Shown: positions 27,771 to 38,044, numbered from the stretch's first letter. The stretch: 64,000 nt of DNA from an uncultured delta proteobacterium (GCA_963761255.1 CAVXGH010000004.1:507204-571203); one strand, 5' to 3'. Program-made: numbers and translations. The notes: generated by a model from the letters alone, not told the origin.

Positions 27771-30386
27771 TCACCGCGTAACAGGCCTCTCCGCCTTCGC
27801 CGTCTCAGCTTCCATGTGTCGTGGGAACGCCTGTTCCAGGTAGTGGACCTGGTAGAAGTACCATTGGATGAGCTGCTGCTTTCGCTGTCGTATCTCTTCC
27901 GGCGGTTGCGTGGCAACGATGTTGTTTCGCTCGTCAGGATCGGTAGTCAGATCAAATAAATAGCTAAGGTCTTTGCTCGGCAGGTATACGAACTTCTCAG
28001 GTCCAGGTCCTTCAACCATGCCTAATTTGAAGTCACCATAAACATTGCTCATGTATACGGGGTCATCCGGCTGTTTCGAGAACGCCACTTCAGACTGTCC
28101 AAGCTGTTCATCATCGCCGAGCAAATAGAGCAGCGTCGCCGGCACGTCCTTCATCGAAATGCGTCCATAGAAGTCCTGCCGTTGCGGAAACAGGGAGGAG
28201 CTGTAGAGCAGCATCGGAATACGCACCGACTGGTTGTACAAGTAATTGCCATGGAGCTGATCGCCGGTGTGCTCGTTGAACGCCTCGCCATGGTCGCCGA
28301 AGATCATGACCAGTGGATGGCGGCCGGTTTTCTCGAGGCCCGCGATCAAGTCGCCGACGGCGGCGTCGGATGAGTAGATACAATTGTCGTACTGATCGAT
28401 GACATTGTGCTCGGGAAACTTTTTGGTCGTCGCCCAGTAGGGGTGATGCGCTCCGGCGAACCAGATTACCGCCGCGACGGGCTCCGTCCGCGCGCCATAC
28501 CAATGGAGGAAGTCATCGACCAGGACGGTGTCGCTGCCCATGGTACCTGGTGGTCTAGCTGCTGATCCATAGCTGGAAAGCAGGTCCGCCGCACCTACCG
28601 TTTTAACCAGGGCGGGTCCCATTGCGGCTTTCATAAGAGGCGCGAAATGATCCGATTCGGGGTTCGCATTGACACCCAGGTAGCCCTTGTAGCCGCGTCC
28701 AGCCAGAATACCCCAAAAGGTCGGCCGTCCCAGAACCCTATCCGGATTGTAGTTCACTGCTTCGATACGAGGATCGGGGTAAGTACCGAGAGTGAAGGCC
28801 TCCATCGTTTTAGCGCTCCTGGGTTGTGCGACATAAACATTGGAGAACACCATCGCATGCTGGGAGAGGCGAGTGAGGTTCGGCGTTGTCTCGCGAGGAT
28901 AGCCATAGAGTGACACATCAGCTCTGCGCACGGACTCCAGCACGACAAAGATAACGTCCTGGCCAGCAGCGGCGCCATGATAGTGTAGGTACGCGGATGG
29001 AACCGGGCGCGCCGGCGGATAATGGAAGCTCGCGAAGTCGGCCGGGGCTATCTTCGGATCCAGCTCACCGCTCAAATCCGGACTGGTTTGCAGCGCCAGG
29101 ACGATGGGCGAGGAAACCGAAGGATCATAGGCATAGGGTGCGCGCAGAGGGCTCAAAGCGCCCAGTGACCACACCGCGGATATAGAGGCGAATGCTATCA
29201 CCATGCGCTTCGGAATTTGGCGGCGCCGCAACGACCGAAAGGCGAAGACGCAAAACATCAGCACCGCCACGCCGGCCAGCCCCGCAACCATCGCCGGTGC
29301 GCGGGTGAGGTAGTAGTGCAAGCTATCGGGGGTGGGAGATTCGTACGCGAGCAGAATCAGGCTCCCATCCACATAGGCGCCCCATTCCCAGAAGACGTAG
29401 GCGCAGAGGATTTCGAAGAGCGCCAGAATTATCAGAGCCACTGACATCGTGAGCTCAATAACTGCTAGCAGCACGCGCAACGGGCGCGTCCATTGACTTC
29501 GGGCGCATAGGTTGTCGATTCCCATGACGATCAGGATAGCTACCAAAGCTAGCAGTCCGATCGCGACAGTCTCAGCGGGAGCTGCTCCCAGGTCTGACAA
29601 CGAGACATGCCGGCCGTAGCGAATCGCGCTGGTCAGAATCGCGAAGACCTTGGCACCAAACATGGTGACGAGAAATGCCGTGAACGCTGCTGCCGTGGCC
29701 ACGCGTGCCCATGTCACGAACGCCAGGGCATAGGGTTGCAGGATATCAACATAGAGCTCGATGACCGACAAAAGGCCCGCCCATCGCAAGACCTCGAACA
29801 GCGCCACCACGGCGGTCGAAAGTACCAGGGAGAGGATGGCGGCTTGAAGCAAAGCGCCGATTCCGGACGCCACGCGGCGACGTGCGGTGTTTACCATCAA
29901 CATGAAATAGGGATCGCCGCCCGTGACCCTAGCGACCAGCGTATCGCCTTCCAGAGCGAGCACCGAGGCGTGGAGAGGGAGGACGGTATGGCCAAAGTCC
30001 CGCGCCAGACTGATTGCGCCAAATCGGAATAGGTCGAGGGTGTAGCGGCCTCGATCCACAGCTACATCGCGAAGCGCTACAACTCCGGGTTCCTCGAGGG
30101 GATCGAATCGCAGCTGATAGATAGACCTCCAGGTCGGCAGCGTGATCTGGTAATTCTGAAACGCGTTTAATGGTTTGCGATCGTAATCAAAGCAGGTCTT
30201 CTCCGCCTCTGAGAATCCGCTCCCGGTGTTATAGTAGAAACATGGAGTGAGATAGGGTCCGGGAGCTGCTTCCCGTACGGCGATCTGGAAGGAGACCGTG
30301 GTGGGGGCGCCGAAGCGCTGGACGAATAGAATCAGACCGCACGCGATCATCGATAGGTAGATAAGCCGGCGCCAGAGTGTAGTCAT
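27771..30386 (-). CDS. LtaS/OpgB-type alkaline-phosphatase-superfamily transferase with N-terminal novel module
   Basis: One module copy (nt 29787-30386), then about 5 TM helices, then the catalytic domain VIFVVLESVRRADVSLYGYPRETTPNL...QPRSAKTMEAF...GDHGEAF. A Thr lies at the nucleophile position (KT) and there is no C/S-x-P/A-x-R sulfatase motif. The start was moved to the internal ATG (MTTLWRRL). Confidence 0.8.
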   Translation of the reverse strand: MTTLWRRLIYLSMIACGLILFVQRFGAPTTVSFQIAVREAAPGPYLTPCFYYNTGSGFSEAEKTCFDYDRKPLNAFQNYQITLPTWRSIYQLRFDPLEEPGVVALRDVAVDRGRYTLDLFRFGAISLARDFGHTVLPLHASVLALEGDTLVARVTGGDPYFMLMVNTARRRVASGIGALLQAAILSLVLSTAVVALFEVLRWAGLLSVIELYVDILQPYALAFVTWARVATAAAFTAFLVTMFGAKVFAILTSAIRYGRHVSLSDLGAAPAETVAIGLLALVAILIVMGIDNLCARSQWTRPLRVLLAVIELTMSVALIILALFEILCAYVFWEWGAYVDGSLILLAYESPTPDSLHYYLTRAPAMVAGLAGVAVLMFCVFAFRSLRRRQIPKRMVIAFASISAVWSLGALSPLRAPYAYDPSVSSPIVLALQTSPDLSGELDPKIAPADFASFHYPPARPVPSAYLHYHGAAAGQDVIFVVLESVRRADVSLYGYPRETTPNLTRLSQHAMVFSNVYVAQPRSAKTMEAFTLGTYPDPRIEAVNYNPDRVLGRPTFWGILAGRGYKGYLGVNANPESDHFAPLMKAAMGPALVKTVGAADLLSSYGSAARPPGTMGSDTVLVDDFLHWYGARTEPVAAVIWFAGAHHPYWATTKKFPEHNVIDQYDNCIYSSDAAVGDLIAGLEKTGRHPLVMIFGDHGEAFNEHTGDQLHGNYLYNQSVRIPMLLYSSSLFPQRQDFYGRISMKDVPATLLYLLGDDEQLGQSEVAFSKQPDDPVYMSNVYGDFKLGMVEGPGPEKFVYLPSKDLSYLFDLTTDPDERNNIVATQPPEEIRQRKQQLIQWYFYQVHYLEQAFPRHMEAETAKAERPVTR

Positions 30387-30435
30387 CGATCTGGACTCAC
30401 TCACGAAGAGCCCTGCGTTTCGATCATGGCCGGGA

Positions 30436-33400
30436 TCATTGTGGAGCCTTTGCCGCACTAACGGCGAGGCGGCGAGGAAATTCCTGATCGAGGTAGTGGG
30501 TCTGGTAGAAATACCATTGAATCAGTTCTTGTTCTCGCTGCCGGATTTCCTCCGGTGAACGCGAGGGAACCAGGTTCGTTTCCTCGCCAGGATCGGTGGC
30601 GAGATCGAACAGATAGTCAAGTTTCGTGCTCGGAAAATACATGAACTTCTCCGGCGCGAGACCGTCTACCATTCCGAGCTTGAAGCCTCCATAGACATTG
30701 CTCATGTAGACGAGATCGCCCGGTTGTTTGGAGAACGCCACTTCTGATTGCCCGATCGGTTCTTGCTGACCCAGAAGATAGAAGATGGTTGCCGGGACAT
30801 CCTTCATGGAAATGCGCCCATCGAAATCCTGTCGCTCAGGAAAGACCGCCGAGTCATAGAGCATCATTGGGATGCGGACTGACTGGTTGTATAGATACCT
30901 GCCATGAAAGCGATCGCCCGCGTGTTCGCCGAATGACTCGCCGTGGTCTCCAAAGATTAGGACTAACGGATGTCGCCCGGTCTTTTCCAGCTCATCGACC
31001 AAATGACCTATGGCCGCGTCGGCCGAGTAGATGCAGTTGTCGTACTGATCGACCAGGCCATGCTCCGAGAACTTTTTCGTTGTAGCCCAGTACGGATGGT
31101 GCGCTTCGGCGAACCAGACCACCGCGGCTGCCGGTCCCTTGCGTGCCCGGTACCACTGGAGGAAGTCGTCAACCATAACTGTATCGTTACCCATGCTTCC
31201 GACTGGTTTGGCTATCTCTCCATAATGAGCCGTCAAGTACGACTGTCCAACGGTGCGGTCCAAGGCAGGTCCCGCAGCGGCACGCATAAAGGCACCGAAC
31301 CCGTCGTTCTCGACGTCGGCGTTAACACCCAGGTAGACCTTGTAGCCGTGTTGGGAGAGTATGCTCCAGAACGATGGGTGCCCGAGAATTCGATCGGCGT
31401 CCCAGGCCAAAGAGTCAAACCGAGGATCGGGGTAGGTGCCGAGCGTGAAAGACTCCATGGTCTTGCAGCTTCTCGGCTGCGAGACATAGACGTTGGAGAA
31501 CACCATCGCATGATGAGATAGGCGCTCCATATTCGGTGTGGTTTCCCGTGCATAACCATAGAGGGAGACATCAGCTCTGCGCACTGATTCCAGCACTACG
31601 AAGATCACGTCCTGTCCCGCGGCGGCGCCAAGATAATGTTGATACGCAGCGGGGACAGGGCGGGGCGGGGGCAGATGGAAGTCCGCCAGCTTTGGCGCGT
31701 CAACACTGGAGTCCAAAGCCTCGCCCAAATCATAGGAGCTCCGCTGCGCGACTACCATCGGCGAGGAAACCGCTGGGTCATAACCGTCGGGTGCGCGCAA
31801 AGGCTTAAGCGCCTCCAGCGACCAGATCGCGGCTATGGACGCGAGCGCGACCACCAAGCCTCGAGGAATTCCGCGCCGACGAAAAAACCTGAAAGAAAAG
31901 ACGCCAAACCACGCCACGGCGACTACGGCAAGCGCCACGATCGCCGCCGGAGGACGAGTAAGGTAGTAGCGCAGGCTGTCTGGAGTAGGTGAGTGGTAGG
32001 CAATCTCGATAAGGCTTCGGTCGAGATAGGAGCCCCACTCCCAGAACACATAGCAACAAAGGATTTCGAAGAGCGCCAAGAGCACCAGGACGCTCGCGAC
32101 CAGAGACTCGCACGCAAACAACAGAACCCGAAGCGGAGTTGTCCACCAACTTCTCGCGCAAAGGTCGTCCGCCCCAACGAGGAGCAAGACGACGGTCATG
32201 GCGAGCAGTCCGAGGGCAGCGCTCTCGGCCGGGGCAACTGCAAGATCGGCGAGTGAAATCGCGCGCCCGTAATGGAAGGCGCTGGTCAGTAGGGCAAAAG
32301 CCTTGCCGCCGATCATCGCAACCCAAAATGCCGCCAACGCTGCGAGGGTAACCGCGCGCGTCGCGGCGAATAACTGGGGGGTGCGCCGGCGCGCAAGACC
32401 GAGCCAGGTCTCATTGCGCTGCCACCTGCCGGTCTTACGCGCCCACTCCACCAGCGCGAACAAACCCGCCCATAGCAGCAACGAGGTCGCGATTCTCTGG
32501 AGCACTACCCGAGCACCGGGACCGGTCCTTCGATCGAACCCATCTACCAACATAAAATGCGGATCGGTGGTAGAGAGGCGGGCAACCAAGGTATCGCCTT
32601 CAATGCTGAGCTGAGTCTGGTGCAGCGGGTAAAGAGTATGTCCGAATTCTTTCGCAAGATTGATCTCGGCGAACCGATAGCGGCCAATCCTGAGATTACG
32701 CAGCGCGATGACTCCCGGTTCTGCGAGCGGATCGAAGCGGAGTTGATGGACCGTCCGGTGAGTCGGAAGCGTTATTTGGTACCTTTGAAATCCCGCCTGC
32801 AAACCCTGGTGGTAATCGAAGCAGACAGTTTCGGTCTCGGAGAAACCGTGTCCGGTGTCGTAAAAGAAACACGGGTAGAAGCCGCGTCCCCAGATATCCG
32901 CCTCTCGGATGGCAATCTCAAATGACACCGTCGTCGGGGTTCTGAGTTGCTCAACCAGCAGCACCATGCTGTAGACCGCGAGCAACACCAAAAGCCACGG
33001 GATAGACCCACGCATCCAGAGGACGGTCCCCCGTATTGAGGCGGCCAGCGACGGATCGTGGCGTACCCAAACCACGCCATCGCGCAGGTGCGCCCACAAT
33101 TTGGTTCTGGGAACCAGGGTCCACAAAACTGCCGCGATGAAACATATGAGAAGCGCGATGATCTCAGCGCGGAGGATAGCGCCGATATCGAGAGCAGTCT
33201 GTCGATCAAGCTGATCTGACAACATGAAGTACGCATCAGCGGTCGACAGCCGAGCGACAAGGCTTTCTCCTTCAAGACTGAGCGGCGAGTCGTGGAGTGG
33301 ATAGAGGGAGTGTCCGAACTCTCGCTTAAGATCGACCACTGTTCGTCGGTAGCTTGCGGGAGTAAACCGGGCGCGTGACCTGCCCATCGCGAGACTACGA

Positions 33401-33816
33401 AGAGCTATGGTCCCCGGCTCTCGCAAAGGGGCAAATCGCAAACGCAAAACCGGCCAGCGCGTTGGCAGGATGACCAGGTAGTCCTGGAACTGATTCGGCG
33501 AGGGGGGACCGTATCTGAAGCAGGTCTTTTCGGCTTCCGAGAATCCATGCCCGGTGTCGAAGTAAAAGCATCCGCGCAAATTGCCGCCGGGGGTCGCGTC
33601 ACGCACTGCGAGTTGGAACGAGACTGTGGTCACCGCCAGGAAGCGCTGGAGGAACAGGATCAGAACGCAGAGGACTACCGAGGCAGGGAGCAAACCAAGC
33701 GCGAAACACGGAAGCCGGAACTCAGGCCGTGCAATTCCCCAACGTGGCGCGGCGAGGGGTTCCCCCACCTGATTGCTGAAGCGCCGAAAAAAACTGCGCA
33801 ATCGGAATTCCCCCAT
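30436..33816 (-). CDS. LtaS/OpgB-type transferase with two N-terminal copies of the novel module
   Basis: Module copies at nt 33115-33711 and 32443-33006, then TM helices, then a catalytic domain nearly identical in motifs to the downstream paralog (VIFVVLESVRRADVSLYGYARETTPNM...QPRSCKTMESF...GDHGESF). Confidence 0.8.
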   Translation of the reverse strand: MGEFRLRSFFRRFSNQVGEPLAAPRWGIARPEFRLPCFALGLLPASVVLCVLILFLQRFLAVTTVSFQLAVRDATPGGNLRGCFYFDTGHGFSEAEKTCFRYGPPSPNQFQDYLVILPTRWPVLRLRFAPLREPGTIALRSLAMGRSRARFTPASYRRTVVDLKREFGHSLYPLHDSPLSLEGESLVARLSTADAYFMLSDQLDRQTALDIGAILRAEIIALLICFIAAVLWTLVPRTKLWAHLRDGVVWVRHDPSLAASIRGTVLWMRGSIPWLLVLLAVYSMVLLVEQLRTPTTVSFEIAIREADIWGRGFYPCFFYDTGHGFSETETVCFDYHQGLQAGFQRYQITLPTHRTVHQLRFDPLAEPGVIALRNLRIGRYRFAEINLAKEFGHTLYPLHQTQLSIEGDTLVARLSTTDPHFMLVDGFDRRTGPGARVVLQRIATSLLLWAGLFALVEWARKTGRWQRNETWLGLARRRTPQLFAATRAVTLAALAAFWVAMIGGKAFALLTSAFHYGRAISLADLAVAPAESAALGLLAMTVVLLLVGADDLCARSWWTTPLRVLLFACESLVASVLVLLALFEILCCYVFWEWGSYLDRSLIEIAYHSPTPDSLRYYLTRPPAAIVALAVVAVAWFGVFSFRFFRRRGIPRGLVVALASIAAIWSLEALKPLRAPDGYDPAVSSPMVVAQRSSYDLGEALDSSVDAPKLADFHLPPPRPVPAAYQHYLGAAAGQDVIFVVLESVRRADVSLYGYARETTPNMERLSHHAMVFSNVYVSQPRSCKTMESFTLGTYPDPRFDSLAWDADRILGHPSFWSILSQHGYKVYLGVNADVENDGFGAFMRAAAGPALDRTVGQSYLTAHYGEIAKPVGSMGNDTVMVDDFLQWYRARKGPAAAVVWFAEAHHPYWATTKKFSEHGLVDQYDNCIYSADAAIGHLVDELEKTGRHPLVLIFGDHGESFGEHAGDRFHGRYLYNQSVRIPMMLYDSAVFPERQDFDGRISMKDVPATIFYLLGQQEPIGQSEVAFSKQPGDLVYMSNVYGGFKLGMVDGLAPEKFMYFPSTKLDYLFDLATDPGEETNLVPSRSPEEIRQREQELIQWYFYQTHYLDQEFPRRLAVSAAKAPQ

Positions 33817-34445
33817 TGAACAGAGATGCCCAGAACCGAACCTGTCGCACGAATCCCGACGATCCGGAAAGACCTGGCAGGACCAACCCAGCCCATGCCG
33901 AGGCTTTGATCGCGTGCCTTCCGTCGGATGTCAGACAGTTTGACGAGATGCGCGAGACTGCCCCGAGCAGTAGGTGCCGTCGGGCCTTCATCTGTTGAAT
34001 CTAGCCGCTAAACCTAGCATAACAGGTTTACGAAGCGCCAACGTGGGCGACTCTCCCCGCTGGCCCTCGCATCAGGTTTCCGCCCGGGATACTCCACCAG
34101 GCAACCGCCCGTTCCCCTGCAGCAGGGTGCTGCATCTAAAATCGTACCACTCGCACGTTTTTATACCGGCGCCTTGAGGCGATAGTGGCAAAGCCTGACT
34201 ATCAGACTGCGCGGATAGTAGTCGGGCCAATCAGCGGTCAACGTCGTGGTCTAGCAGTAGCGTTGCCAACGGCAGTATTCCGAATTCTGGGCGTATCGGC
34301 GCAACCGCGGGAGGAACCTTTGGCGCCGGTGTCGTCTGGCACCGAGAAACCACCCCGATCCAACGGAACACGGTTTCTAGTCAGCGGCTAACAGCGACTG
34401 GTGCGAATTCGTGGTAAATGGTGCGGAGGAGAATTTGGAGGAGAC

Positions 34446-37400
34446 ATGCTCGACAGCTCGCGGCGCGTGATCGTCGTCCTCGGGATGCATCGCAGCGGCA
34501 CCAGTGTTTTCGCGCGCGGCCTGCCGGTGCTGGGGGTCGAACTCGGCGATCGGCTGATGGCGCCGGATCCCTACAATCCGCGCGGATTCTGGGAGGACCT
34601 GGATGTCGTAGGCATAAACCAGCGAGTGTTGGCTACGTTGGGAAGGGATTGGCGGAGTCCAACTCTTATCGACCCCGCGGATTGGGGTTCCGCGGTCCTG
34701 GATCCGATGGTGTCCGAAGCCGAGCAGTTGCTGAACTCGCGATTGGAACGGTACCGCACGTGGGGCTTCAAGGACCCACGTCTATGTTTACTGTTACCCT
34801 TCTGGCAACCGATTTTTCGGCGCCTGGGACTGCGCGAGAGCTATCTGATAGCATTGCGCAACCCCCGCGCAGTCGCCGATTCGCTGGAAACGCGCGATCA
34901 GATCTTCCCGGACCTGTCCCATCTCCTGTGGCTCCTGCATCTGGATGCCGCTCTATTGAATACCGTGGGGAAGCCACGGGTGGTGGTCGACTACGACGAA
35001 ATGCTCCTTAGACCGCGGGCGCAACTCGATCGGATCGCGAAAGAGCTTGAGTTTGCGCCGCCGGTTGCCGACGATCCGGTCTTGCACAGTTATGAGGCAA
35101 GATTCCTCGATCCGAAATTGCGGCATCACCGACATTCGGACGACGTCTCTCCCTCTGACTCGCATCTGACCAAGTTGGCGCTCGCAGTATTTCGATCCCT
35201 TCAGGCGGTCGCGCTCGAGCGACCAGGACTGGGCGATAGAGATCTGCGAGCGGTCGCCGAGGAGGTTAAATCCGAACTCGAGGCCTTCGCCAAGGTGCTT
35301 CCGTTAGCGCATCAACTTGACCTGCGCGTACAGGCGCGCCAAACCGAGTTGGCTGCGGCGCATGCGCAAGTCCGCGCGACGCAAGCGCGGGTCCGGACGT
35401 TAGCTCTCGAAGTGACGAAACTTCGCGCCGAGCTCGTGCCGGCGCGCCGCCTCGCGTTTGAAGAAACCCACCATCTGTGGAACTCCAGTTCGTGGCAGTT
35501 GCTGCGACCGATGCGCGATCTGCTCCGCGGATGGCGTGGCGTCAGCAAGGAGGCCGAACCAACCCCAGCCTCCACGTCGGACGCGCTGCGAAGCATGATC
35601 GAGGTTCGTCAATCGCTATCGTGGGAACTGACCTCGCCCGTGCGGGTGGTGCATCGGCTGCTATCACGAACCATGGCGTTCGGTTCATCGCGGTTTGATA
35701 GGCAGCATCGGGTCGCTGCTGATGCGCCGAAATCCGTCGAGTTCAAGTCACCCTACGCGCCGGAGTCGAGCGCCTGCAACGAGTTGCTGGCCCGAGGCGC
35801 TTTGATACGGTGGCGCAACGCGCCGCCCGGGGAATCGAAGCGGCCTCAAATCGTGTTCGCCTCCCATGAAGCGACTAGAACTGGAGCTCCCCTGATTCTG
35901 CTTTCGCTGGTGCGTCATTTCGCGCAATCCGGAAATTATGAGCTGTGGGTTTTTTGCGACCGTCCGGGGCCCTTGTTGGAAGCCTTCGCGGAACATGCCC
36001 ATGTCATCGATGGCTCGCGACACGACCTGTTCGCGAATTCGCCGGCTATCGACGAGCTGCTGGCCGCGTTTGGGAGCCGCCGCCCGATTTTGGCCTTTTG
36101 CAATACTTCTGTGGTTAATCGTTATGCGGTCGAATTCAAGCGCCTGGGTCTGCCGGTAATCACTCTGATTCACGAAATTGCCGGTCGCTACGCAGAAAGC
36201 GATTTTCGCGAGATCTATGCGACCTCCGACCGAGTGGTCTTTCCCGCTGAATTTGCGCGCAATGCAGCTCATCGGCAGGCAGTCCTTCCCACCGGAAAAG
36301 CACTGGTGATCCCGCAGGGTCTGCTCGATGAAAACTTCGCGGCAGGTGACCGCGAGAAAGCACGTCGCGCGGTCCTGAAGGAACTCCATCTTCCGGAAGA
36401 TAGCTTCCTCGTGCTCGGCTGCGGCACCATCGACCTAAGAAAAGGAATCGACCTGTTTGTGGAACTTGCGGAAAAGATCACCGGATCGAGCGAGGGTGAT
36501 GGAATCCACTTCGCCTGGTTGGGTAGTTTCGGGGAATTATCGGAGTGGCTGCAAAGCGAGATCGGAGTGCGCGGATTAGCCTCCCGGGTTCACTTACTCG
36601 GCGAGCGCAGCGCCCCCGCGCCGTTCTTCATGGCGGCAAATGCTTTCGTGCTTCCTTCCAGAGAGGATCCCTTTCCGTGCGTGGTGCACGAAGCGATGGC
36701 ATCGGAAACGCCGGTCATCGTGTTTGCTGGAGTTGGCGGCGCACCGGAAGCCCTGGAAGGCGGATGCGGAATAGCGGTGCCATTCGGTGACATCGGCGCA
36801 ATGGCCGACGCGGTGGTCGGACTTTACCGCGACCCGGAGGCCGCTGCGCGAATGGCGAAACTCGCTAAACAGCGAGTGCTAACGAGGTATCGCTTCGAAG
36901 ATTACTATCGCGCATTAACGCATGTCGCCCATGATGAATTGGGGGTGCCGCTCGCGGGTGATGATCTGAAACCGGGGAGTCGCGCTGCCAGGATCAGATC
37001 GGAATCCGAGGAACATGATTTTCTTTTGATTCGCAACGACGCCGCCTTCGACCGGGATTTTTACCTTCCGCCATCATCGCCACGAATGACTCGCGACGAT
37101 GCAATCCGGCAATTCATGCGCGAATATGCGACCGCCGGCAGCGGCAGGAAGCCTTTCAGTGGATTCAACCCTCAAACCTACGCGGAGCAAGCGATGCAGC
37201 CGCGGGATCTGGAAACGAGAAATCCATTGGCGCATTTCATCGAACAGGGAAAGCCTCTCGGGCCATGGCTGACCCCGCTGATACGCGCGTCGGCTGACCC
37301 TCCCAAGGCAACGAGGCTGCGGACAGCGCTTCACGTGCACGCGTTCTATCCGGAACTGATCGAAGAGTTGCGGCAGTGCCTGGCGGGAAATTTGTCCCAA

Positions 37401-38033
37401 TGCGATCTATTCCTTACCACCAGCCGCGAGGAGGATATCGCGCATCTGGAAACCATCCTGGCGTCATATGATCGCGGCAAAGTCGAACTTTGCGTCGTGC
37501 CCAATCGGGGACGTGACATCGGACCGTTTCTCACCCAGTACGAATGGCGAAAGACCGGCTACGATCTGCTCGGCCATCTCCATTGCAAAAAAACTGCTCA
37601 TCTCAACGCGGAGGTCGGGGAAACCTGGAGAAACTTCCTGTGGTCGAATCTGGTCGGCAATCGGCTTCCGATGATGGATGTAATCGCCAACAATTTCGAA
37701 GCCGATCAGCGCCTCGGCCTGGTGTTCCCCGATGATCCTCATGTAGTCGGATGGTGGAGCAACAAAGAGCGCGCCGAGGCATTGGCCAAGAAAATGGGTT
37801 TGACCCAGGACCTGCCACAAGCGTTTGAGTTTCCGGTCGGAACTATGTTCTGGTGCCGGCCGGCGGCGCTGCGGCCGCTCTTCGAACTCGGCTTGACCTG
37901 GGAAGACTATCCTGCCGAGCCGCTACCAAATGACGGAACAATACTGCACGCGATAGAGCGCCTGTTGCCATTGGTCGCTCTCAACGAAGGGTACCGCGTC
38001 GCGGCAACCTACGTGCCCGGAGTGACGAGGTAA
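34446..38033 (+). CDS. three-domain fusion: sulfotransferase-like / GT4 glycosyltransferase / RgpF-like rhamnan-synthesis domain
   Basis: GGAGGAG RBS before the ATG at 34446. N-terminal VIVVLGMHRSGTSVFA...NPRGFWED...KDPRLCLLLPFW (PAPS-binding-type motifs). A coiled coil follows around 35300-35450. The middle has EDPFPCVVHEAMASETPVIVF (GT-B E-x7-E). The C-terminal has LHVHAFYPELIEEL...VPNRGRDIGPFL...GHLHCKKT (RgpF-type). Confidence 0.85.
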   Translation: MLDSSRRVIVVLGMHRSGTSVFARGLPVLGVELGDRLMAPDPYNPRGFWEDLDVVGINQRVLATLGRDWRSPTLIDPADWGSAVLDPMVSEAEQLLNSRLERYRTWGFKDPRLCLLLPFWQPIFRRLGLRESYLIALRNPRAVADSLETRDQIFPDLSHLLWLLHLDAALLNTVGKPRVVVDYDEMLLRPRAQLDRIAKELEFAPPVADDPVLHSYEARFLDPKLRHHRHSDDVSPSDSHLTKLALAVFRSLQAVALERPGLGDRDLRAVAEEVKSELEAFAKVLPLAHQLDLRVQARQTELAAAHAQVRATQARVRTLALEVTKLRAELVPARRLAFEETHHLWNSSSWQLLRPMRDLLRGWRGVSKEAEPTPASTSDALRSMIEVRQSLSWELTSPVRVVHRLLSRTMAFGSSRFDRQHRVAADAPKSVEFKSPYAPESSACNELLARGALIRWRNAPPGESKRPQIVFASHEATRTGAPLILLSLVRHFAQSGNYELWVFCDRPGPLLEAFAEHAHVIDGSRHDLFANSPAIDELLAAFGSRRPILAFCNTSVVNRYAVEFKRLGLPVITLIHEIAGRYAESDFREIYATSDRVVFPAEFARNAAHRQAVLPTGKALVIPQGLLDENFAAGDREKARRAVLKELHLPEDSFLVLGCGTIDLRKGIDLFVELAEKITGSSEGDGIHFAWLGSFGELSEWLQSEIGVRGLASRVHLLGERSAPAPFFMAANAFVLPSREDPFPCVVHEAMASETPVIVFAGVGGAPEALEGGCGIAVPFGDIGAMADAVVGLYRDPEAAARMAKLAKQRVLTRYRFEDYYRALTHVAHDELGVPLAGDDLKPGSRAARIRSESEEHDFLLIRNDAAFDRDFYLPPSSPRMTRDDAIRQFMREYATAGSGRKPFSGFNPQTYAEQAMQPRDLETRNPLAHFIEQGKPLGPWLTPLIRASADPPKATRLRTALHVHAFYPELIEELRQCLAGNLSQCDLFLTTSREEDIAHLETILASYDRGKVELCVVPNRGRDIGPFLTQYEWRKTGYDLLGHLHCKKTAHLNAEVGETWRNFLWSNLVGNRLPMMDVIANNFEADQRLGLVFPDDPHVVGWWSNKERAEALAKKMGLTQDLPQAFEFPVGTMFWCRPAALRPLFELGLTWEDYPAEPLPNDGTILHAIERLLPLVALNEGYRVAATYVPGVTR

Positions 38034-38044
38034 TCGCTCCTCTT

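Noticed and set aside
27771-33816. The 'sulfatase' domains of the two large membrane proteins, considered as true sulfate esterases.
   Set aside because: There is no C/S-x-P/A-x-R formylglycine signature. A K-T-M-E segment aligns with the Thr-nucleophile region of LtaS/OpgB-type phosphotransferases, so they were called transferases of the alkaline-phosphatase superfamily.
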